Source: Octopus sinensis (Eukaryota). Taken from it: a DNA stretch of 64,000 bases. The first letter of the stretch is position 1, and each line of letters opens with the position of its first letter. The position numbers were made by a program, and so were the translations under genes. Of this stretch, positions 29,001-39,394 are shown one piece after another. The notes below the pieces were generated by a model, which saw only the letters and a program-made list of their open reading frames with translations, was not told the origin of the DNA and made no database searches. The stretch spans positions 15,872,001 through 15,936,000 of the forward strand of contig NC_043015.1 in assembly GCF_006345805.1 (NCBI RefSeq). The letters are read 5' to 3'.

Positions 29001-32000
29001 AATACCAGTAAAACAATGGAGACAATTCAATTGACTATGTTGCTTTATATACTAAATTAACTCGGTATTTTATTAACAGAAATTATTATTATTAATGCCG
29101 TAGATCCTGCTTTATAATCCACTGATAATAAATCCGCCCGCTTAAAGTATCCAAAATGGGTTGGGATGGAATTTTTACAAATAAAATCTTTTATTTAATA
29201 AATCCAGATCATCACTTTATAAATCCAATTGTCATTGTTTCTTCCTAAAGTGTCAACGAGTGTTATCAAATGAATGAAGTGTTTTGTTTTTCTCTCTTAA
29301 ATACTGATAGGTAGGTTCCAGCAGCCACAGCCAGCTAGCTGTCACTTGGTACACTCCATCATCCAAAAGTAGATCAATAAATATGTAGTAGCTGGCAGTG
29401 GTTGCTGGAGCCTGCCACACAAACCCTGTCATTCAAGCAAAAAAGTAGGCTCCAGGACATCTCTTGTCAAGATTATGAGCCTTCTTGTTGGTTTCATTGG
29501 ATGATGGAGTGTACCACGTGACAGCTGATTGGTTGTGTATTTAACGGTATAAAAAATATGTCATTCATCATTCACGCAGAGAGCAGACACACACAAGTTG
29601 TTCAAAATGCTCAAAATGAAAAGAGAGAGGTAGGACAAATTCATGGCAGAAAAGATTCAATTGTTAGAATGTTACAAAGCTCTTGGGAAAACAACTCAGC
29701 AGGAAGCAGCAGAGTTTGGGAATTTGAAGAGGTCTGCTCCAGAATTTGCTAAGAAATGAGGATGACTTCTGTGCCAAAAAACATGATAGCTGTTCATCAA
29801 AGAGAAAACACCAATGAGAAGGACCAACAGATAGACAATACTCTCTACGATTGGTTTCAATTTATTCATTCAAGAAACATCCCCGTCAATGGCCTGATCT
29901 TAATGCACAAAGCCAACACCATTGCCCAAGCTGCTGGACACGATTTTAAGGCATCCAAAGGTTGGTTTTACCATTGGCAAAAAAAGACATTGAAAATCTT
30001 TTACAGTTCTAAAAGGTAAGCTTTTTCCAAGCTGCTTCAAAAATGTTAAAACACATCCAATTCAGTACGACTTTTCAACCAATGCTCGAATGACAGAAAA
30101 ATCTATGGAAGTTGGCTCTTGGGATCATCATTTGCAGGAATATGGAAGACAAATGGTGGTCCTACTAGACAATTGCTCTTCTCATGTAGTCATCGATGAT
30201 CTCAACAATATCACTTTAAAATTTCTTCCTCCCAACACAACATCAGTGCTGCAACCCTGTGGCATAGGGATAATCAAGACTTTGGAAGTCCACTTCAGAC
30301 ATGAAATGCACAAGATCATTAATGTTATGGAAGTCACTGAACGTGAGATGTTTTCCCAAGAAGTTGCAAAGTGGGTCGCCATTTTAGATGACATGTACAT
30401 GTTAAGCATAGCTTGGAAGATCTCTAGCCAGACAATCAAACATTGTTGGACCAAAGCTGGTTTTGTTTCAGTTGAAGAATCAAATGAAGCTATAGATATT
30501 AATGAAGATTTGATCCTGCCTTCACCACCAACTGGATTGACCAAAAAGCAATTCAAGAACTGGTTGTCCATAGACAATGGTGCTGTTGTTGCTCAGAGAT
30601 CATCACTGAAGAAAAAAACTAGACGAGATCATTCATGACATTCGGCAATCTGAGAAGGAAACCTATGGAGATGAAGATAGCAATTCCGACATTGATGTTG
30701 ATGAAAGAGTTCCAGAGCCTCCAACACCAGCTGAAATGAGGCACTATCACACTTGCTTAGAAAGTGGCCTTGAAAGTTTTGATATCAGTAACATGAATCT
30801 TTTAAGAACTCTTAAGGAAAAAAATCAACACAGAGTTGTGAACAAAGTGTCCAGCAAAGCAAACAACACTCGACAAATTTTTCATACAATGACATTATTT
30901 ATAATGTATTTGCATATGTCTATAGTTTGATAAATACACATGTTTAATCAATTGGTGGATTTGTTCCTTCAGTTAATAAATCCCTCATTTATTAAATCCA
31001 AAATAAGTAGCCCCAAGATGGATTTATAAAGCAGTAATCAACTCTCGGCAATTCCAGTCAACTCCTTGCTTTTGAGTTTCAGTTGGAGCTTTTGATTTAC
31101 ATCAAGGAAAGTCTTCCAGAAAAGTGTTCAATGTAATGGATTTCTTTTTAATGTCCATTGCCTTGAAACAACCATCTCATGGTTACTATTATAATCTCAA
31201 GTTACTTGTCATGTGAGACACCTATCCTTTTCATACTGAGTCAGCTTCTTGCTGTCAGTCATCATTTAATTTTGACTTCTCCATATCCCAACAAAACGTT
31301 CCTCCTTACCTATTTTAGCTGCTGTTGATACAGACACTTTTAAGTACTACCAATAATTCGATTAGTAACTTCAGACCGAGTTTTCATTGGTAACAAATTT
31401 CTTTGTTTTGACCTAAAAATTTGTGTCTTGATTCTTCGGTAAAATTCTAACTAATGTTATTTATAACCTAAACAAAAACATGTTTTATGTAATAAAATAT
31501 ATAATTATTTTGTTTTTAACCTTTTGTCCACTTATTCCTTGCATACCAGGGTCGCCGCGGTATCCACGTGGTCCTTTGTCTCCCTTAAGGCCAGTGTATT
31601 CACTTGGTTTTGTTACTTGACCCAAATACTGGCCAGGTTCTCCATCTGGGCCCTTTAAAAAAGAATAGTAAAAATTAAAGCAGTTACCAAGCACATTTAA
31701 CAGCCATGACAAAGTATAATTCCTCATCTTAAAGACAAATAAAATGAATGACAAATTACAGTAAACCTGTGGGATGAACCCACAGGTTAACTGTAAAATT
31801 AGGAATATAGTCTATAGCATACGATGTACTGAGGAACAGTGCAGAAATAAGACAATAACATACATTGAGGATATGGGTAGGTAAACACTGGCAGGAATTC
31901 AAAGAAGAGAAAAGATTGCCAGTACTCTACCAGCATGCTCAGAACATAGAGGCTTGGTTAATAACATAAATGTTAAGGTATTGTCAACACATATAACAAA

Positions 32001-33412
32001 CACAACACTTAGACAGATTACAGAGGCCACACACATAGTAATAGAGAAACTGAGTCTGAATAGAAACACAAAAGGACCAATAACACCCCACCACCACTAC
32101 TACTACACTACACAACATGATGACTAAAGAGATAATGGGAAATAAGACACAGATACAAACAATATAATACATAAACCTATATACACAGAAGAGACACACA
32201 CACCTAAATCGAAATGGAAAGAAAAATAGGGAGAGAGAAAAACAAAATAAACTAAATAAAGGGCACTGATACAAACAGTAAGTGAACCCATATACATACA
32301 AAACACACATACACAACACACAGACATGATACACATGCACACACACACACAGTGATGAAAGATTTCCAGATGAAGGACATAAAATAAAAACAATAATAAA
32401 ACAAGTCTGAAGTGAGGAAAGAATATATAGTACGTGTGTCTATTTAGCAATAAAAACCAAAAAAGAAGAATGACCATCCTGAAATATAATAATATCTGTT
32501 TCAACACATGATTTCACATCAGGAGTCTTGCAAAACAAATACATAAATGTAATTATTAAATCGTATTTTGCATAATATTTTATAACAATAATAATTCCAT
32601 CAAGAATTTTCTTTTCTGCCAAAAAAATTTTCTTATTATAAATAAAAAATATTTTATATTTTATCTACACTTTAAACCAGTAACTGTTGAGCTCCATCTT
32701 CATTATTTTAAACTTACTTCTTTAGAAGCACTAAATTCAGTTAAATATATAATAAGCAAGCAACAATCAGCAATTCATCTTTTGTACTCTGGCTATTAGT
32801 ACTCAATGCATAATTCCATTTTTGATCTCTCCAATTAGGATTTCAGATCCTCAAAACAGAATGAAAATTGTTACAACACAAAAAATATTTGATTTTTCCT
32901 TTCTTTTCTATGTCATCTTGACCTTCTCAGAGAATAATTCTAATCATTCTTTTGTAAATCTCATCTTCATTTAAAAACAAAGCTATATAAATAATGTAGC
33001 CAGCTCAAAGCTATAATGACATATTGTTCTCTTAATTTTTAGAAATAAGAATAAAATGAAATTTTAAAAGAAATTCTAAGCATTTGTACCAATGTGTTAT
33101 TAGAGTATTAATTTCAAGATATTTACCGGTTCACCAGGGTCTCCTGTTACTGCTTTACCATCTTCACCTCTGGGTCCAATGCTACCCTTTACACCTCTTC
33201 TACCTTTCACACCCTGTTAATAAAGATGGGATTTCAATAGAAAATAAAAAATCATAATTTCATTTTGATCATATATCAATTTTGCAGAAATGTAAAGGAA
33301 TCTGTTTATAAATGCATATAAAAGTACCTGCTTTTGCATGTGACTCTGTATATGGCAATATATATTTATTTCTGTATCCTTTTCTAAGTGTGTATACACA
33401 CACGCACACGTG

Positions 33413-33444
<32 letters not shown>

Positions 33445-35231
33445 CACATGCACACGCACACACAAACACACACACACACACACACACATGCACATACATA
33501 TGTGGTACAACAAAATAATGGAAATACCACTTTTTATTTAACTATATTCTGCTATTGGAAGTGTGACAGATTCATAATTGTTCTAGTCTGTATATACATC
33601 TCCATATGTATTGTGTATGACTTGTATTTCATGATAAAGCCCTCAGTTTTTCTTTTCCTCTCTTTTACTGCCTTTAGCTATCTAAAACTCTAGATGTTTG
33701 TTCTCAAAATATTTCAGAAATAGTATATTATATCTTAATATTTTACATATATATTTTCATACATTATGCAGTACAGTATGAGGTTTTGTGATATTTGGAC
33801 CTCTATTTATTAATGAAAACGATTTTTCACAATTTTTGTTTGTTATTTCTTGACAAAAAGAAACATGGCTTCCATGATGTCAACACACATACAGAATACA
33901 CAAACAGATAATGAATGCCATGGTGTGTGAATCAACACAAACACACGTACACTATTTGTGACATATACACACACACATAGACTTTGCTCTCTCTCTCTCT
34001 CACTTTCTATCACTCTCTAAAAAAAATAAAACATCAACTTTTTGACGTACACATACACTGACATAGAGAAACATCTTTTTTGTGAAGAATACTTATCATT
34101 TCATCATTTCAGATTTTATTCTGTTTCATTCATTTGTCATTTGTAATCTTTTAGTTGTTCTCTATAAAAGTTTATCGCTCACTCTGTGCATTTGTCAGTG
34201 TGTGCATGTGCACATAAGGAATTTCATTAAGGAGTGATTTAAAAAAGGCAAAAGATTTATTTTAACAGCAAACTTTTCTGTTAGTAAATGCTGTTTTGTA
34301 CACATGCAAATACATGCGGACTTGCTTAATGTAGGGTGGAGCTAAAGATTTAAATAATTTTTTGTTATTGCTTCAATCCCATCAGTCAGTCAGTCGACCA
34401 CTGTATCGTCATTTCATAAAATGTGTTTACAGGGAGAAAAATATTGGTAAACAACAATATATGTCAGTGACAAGGAAATGAAGACAGTACCAAGTGGTTG
34501 TGGAATATGCTAGAAACAACAGCTTAATTTTCTTTAAATCACACACCTTTTGTCTGAAAATTATGTCAAAATTATACTATCCGTATATTAAAACTATGAT
34601 TAAAAAAATATTTTGGAAAAAGCTATATCATGGAATTCTCTTTAGTAGTGCTACATGGCAGAGGTAATGCTAAGATTTATTTGAGTATTTTGGCTGTTCA
34701 TATCCATTCTATAAACATTGTTCCCTGATGATAGCACAACTTTCAAGGATGAAATGTGTTAATTTACATGGCTAGTATTATCCTAAATTCACACAAAGGG
34801 CACATACATGTAGTAGACAACTTAGTTTTGTCCCCACAGTCACCAGATCTTAATATAATCAAACATTTATGATGCATATTGGTACAAGACCTAAAGTGTC
34901 ACTTCTCTGAACCTTCGTTACTGAAAGAGCTAAAGCCCATTTTACTTGAAGAATGGTTCAAAATTCCCTGCAACAACCATTTAGAACTTGTATGAATCAA
35001 TTCCTCAACTGGTTGATGCCAAAGATAGACCAACTTTGTATTGAATAATAAGACATCCATTTAACAAGATGTTACCATTATTTTACCCAACCCCATTATG
35101 TATTTGGTTGACTAAACCCATCAAAGTCAATAAAGTCAACCCAGTCAGACTCTTCTTGCTGAACTATGAAATTATGATCTGTAAACAAATCAACACTGGT
35201 TATCAAGTAGTAAGAGACAAACACAAAGATT

Positions 35232-35262
<31 letters not shown>

Positions 35263-35328
35263 AAACACACACACACACACATACATACATACATACATAC
35301 ATACATACATACATACATACATACATAC

Positions 35329-35361
<33 letters not shown>

Positions 35362-38300
35362 TTATATACTGATTGCTCCATCTTTACAGATGATTGCTGT
35401 CCCCTTGTGCTTCATTGTTATCAGTGGCATTTCTGATTTTCCATCCATGACATATCAGTCCCATTGCAGATCTGCATGGTTTGAAGCACAGATGACAGAC
35501 AAAAGTTGTAACTTCCTTTGCACTTCCAGCTGGTTAAGTTTATTGTCATAGGACATTCAGTAAGTAGAATGACAAACAGTAGTCACCATAAAAAGACATG
35601 GATACTGTGACAACAGCTAGGAGTGCCTCACTTCAAGTACTTTTACTGTGCACCCTGACTAAGTATTTTTGCATCCCTATGTTCATGTAGAACATCATCA
35701 CATATGATATTTAATCCTGTGGCAAGTGCTATTACACCAAGTCACAGTAGCCATGAGAACACTAGTGACTAAGAGGTTGTTCTTCACTATTCAAAACAAT
35801 GGAACTCTTAAACTGAATACAGACTAAAGTCATACCAAAATTGCAATGTAATGAAAAATTATTCTTCAGAGTTATGCTCTTTGGCTGCAAATGTCAAATG
35901 TTTCTCATTTCATGTACACTTAATCCCTATTCATTCATTGCAGAGGAAAGCTACATATTATTGTGCTTAAAAGTTACCTACCATAGGACCGATTATACCT
36001 GGTGGACCTCTGGCTCCAGCAAAACCAGCAAAACCAGGAACACCCTACAAACAATGTAAAATACCAATTTTATAAGAATTAAAGAGTGTTAGTTACAAAA
36101 TTCTTAATATTTTATTGTAAATTGAAATAGAAAACATCAATACATATAAAAGAGTAGTAGTTGAAATTCATAAACATCATAATATGAAAATGGATACAAT
36201 AAGTAAAAGAAAATGTTTAATTACAAAACTTGCTTAACAGTTGCAATCACCCGCACATCTTTGCCACCTTCAGTCTCTTCAGTTATGATTGCTTTCCAGA
36301 GTACAAGTTCTCAAAAAATATAAACTTTGATAATGCAAAAGTAACAGATTAGCGGTTCGGCAAAAGAGACCGATAGAATAAGTACTGATCTTACAAAGAA
36401 TAAGTCCCGGGGTCGATTTGCTCGACTAAAGGCGGTGCTCCAGCATGGCCACAGTCAAATGACTGAAACAAGTAAAAGAGTAAAGAGATTCAGTTGTTTT
36501 TCTCTTTCTTAGCGGGTGTTTTAATGAAATTTTCTTTATACCATGGTTATACAAGGATGGGCAGTACCCAGGGTATAATCCATAGCTTCCAAAACTAGAT
36601 GGCAAAAGCTAACAAAAACCATGACTCTTGGATTCCTGCAATAGGAAGCAGTTTAATATGATTTCAAATTATCTTCAGACTAGAAACTTAGTCTTATTGC
36701 TTGCTTGCAGTAGTGTAAACTATGCTAAAGGCTTGCAAGGACTGGGTGATGGTGTTAAAGTGGACAAATTTAAATATACCACCAAGAGCAGACATAATCT
36801 ATCTGATAAGTATCTGTGCAGTTTCAGTGTATTCAATTACATTTCCCCAATGGTTTATGTTGTGAGATTGAACACAGAAATATGAGAATGCAAAGGGAAT
36901 TTCTTTAACACACAACCATGACAGTGAGTAAAGTGATACTCTAAAAGATTACATTGTAGGTTATAGTGGAAGATGAAGGAAAATGGTAGTGACTATTATA
37001 ACTGATGCATAAAAGCTGCCATGGTGTGAGTATGAAGCAGGTGCTGAAAAGTTCCTGGCTTTGGGTAAAGGAAAATACAGGTGGATCAGTTAATTATGAT
37101 TTTATTCAACATATTCCCCTCTCAGATTCACACACTTATTGCAGTGGACCTTCAGTTTTTCTAAACCCTGTAAAAGAACTTGGAAGGTTTGGTCACCAAC
37201 CAGGCCTTCTGCAATACCCTTAAAGCCAGGAACTTTTCAGCACTCCCTTGTAGTGTAAGCACAAGAGTCTAGGGCTTTGGGGAGGGAAGCTGACTGAACT
37301 TTTGCCCCTCACTCGCAAAGATGTGCATATTTAATATACATATTAAGCTTTTTGTATTTTCCTTTTCTATATTTAAACTATTTATCAATAAACAAAATTA
37401 TTGATAAATAATTTTGTTAGTATAACAATGTATTATTAGAAGACATTTTTGTCATTATTTATTATGGTAGTCACAATGAGAAAATCCTTTACAGGATAAT
37501 TTTAATAATTTTAATCAAATTATAAAGGCCTTTAAATAATCTTTATTTCATGATAATACACACTGCTTTCTCATTTTCTGTGACCTTTTCTGGTGTGTGC
37601 CTATACCATCTTTTTTCTGTTGTTATTCCATAATGTTGGCATAGCTTCCAGTGTATGTAGCTCCCAACTCTGTCGTGTCTGTGAATATATTCCTTCTTAG
37701 CCAAGACTGGGCAGCCAGAGATAATATGATTTATTGTTTCTTGTCTATCTCCACATATTCTGCAGTTACTTGTTATATTTCTTTTCATTACATGTTTTTG
37801 GTAATTTCTGGTGGGGAGGCTTTGGTCTTGTGCTGCAATTAAAAATCCCTCTGTCTCTGCTTTGAGTCCTGAGCTTCTCAACCATTGCTGGGATTGTTCT
37901 ATGTCTATTTCTTTTGCATTTAGTTTAGTCCAGTATTTGCCATTAGGGGCTTTTCTTGCCATCATTTTATCATGGTTCGTAGCTGTTCTAGTTTTAGTTT
38001 GGATTTCATTTGTTTTATAGCTTTTGTTATTTCTTCATCTTCTTCTTCATATTTGTTAGGTGGTATGGTTTCTTGTTTGTATTTGTCAGCTTCCTTAAAT
38101 ACTGAGAACAGTTTTTTGTTCTGCTCGTGTTTTGCTGCTATTTGTATCAGTTTTCCTTGCTTCTGAAGTAGGTATTTTTGCAGTCCTATGGTGGCTATTT
38201 TATAGTAGTTTTCCAGCTGTATAAGGCCTCTACCACCTTCTATACGTTGTATATATAGCCTTTCTATGTCAGATTTTGGGTGATGCATCCTAGATCCTGT

Positions 38301-38908
38301 CATTATTTTTCTTGTTTTCCTATCGATTTTGGTTAGTTCATTTAGCGTCCAGTTAAGGATATTGTAGCTGTAACTTATAACTGGGACGGCTAAAGTGTTA
38401 ATACCTATTATCTTGTTTTTAGCATTGAGCTCTGTTTTTAGTATTGATCTAACTCATCTATAGTATTCTTTCTTTATTTTCTCTTTCATTTGTGTGTGTT
38501 GTGTCTTATCTAGTTCATGGATTCCTAAATATTTGTAAGTTTGGCTTTGGTCTAATTCTCTTATTTCATTGGCTTTGTCTAGTGTGATGTTGCTACTCTT
38601 AACTAGTTTTCCTCTTTTCAGGGTTACTTTGGCGCATTTTTCTAATCCAAATTTCATATCTATTTCTTTGGTGAATCCATGAACTGTCTTTAATAATGTT
38701 TCCAGCTGTTTGTCATTTGTAGCGTATAGTTTTAGGTCACCCATATATAAAAGGTGGCTGATCGTTTCGCCATAACATTTATATCCGCATCCAGTTCTAT
38801 TTAGCATATCAGATAGAGGTGACAGTGCCAAGCAGAAAAGGAGTGGGGAGAGCATGTCTCCCTGGAATATTCCTCTTCTAATGGGGATGGCTTTGGTTTT
38901 CACGAGTC

Positions 38909-38945
<37 letters not shown>

Positions 38946-39115
38946 AGTGGCAAGCTAGCAGAATTGTTAGCATGCCAGGCAAAATGCTTAGTGGCATTTC
39001 ATCCATCTTTACGTTCTGAGTACATATTCTGCCAGGGTTATCTTTGCCTTTCATCTTTTCAGGGTTGATAAATTAAGTGCCTGTGAAACGCTATTTCAGG
39101 CCTTGTGCTTATAGG

Positions 39116-39150
<35 letters not shown>

Positions 39151-39362
39151 GGCAGCAAGCTAGCAGAATTGTTAGCACACCAAGCAAAATGCTAAGTGAT
39201 ATTTTGTCCGTCTTTATGTTCTGAGTTCAAATTCTACTGATGTCACCTTTTCCTTTCATCTTTTCAGGGTCAATAAATTAAGAACCAGTGAAACAATAGG
39301 GTCAATGTAATCAACTAGTCCCTTCCTCACAAATTTCAGGCCTTGTGCCTATAGTAGAAAGG

Positions 39363-39394
<32 letters not shown>

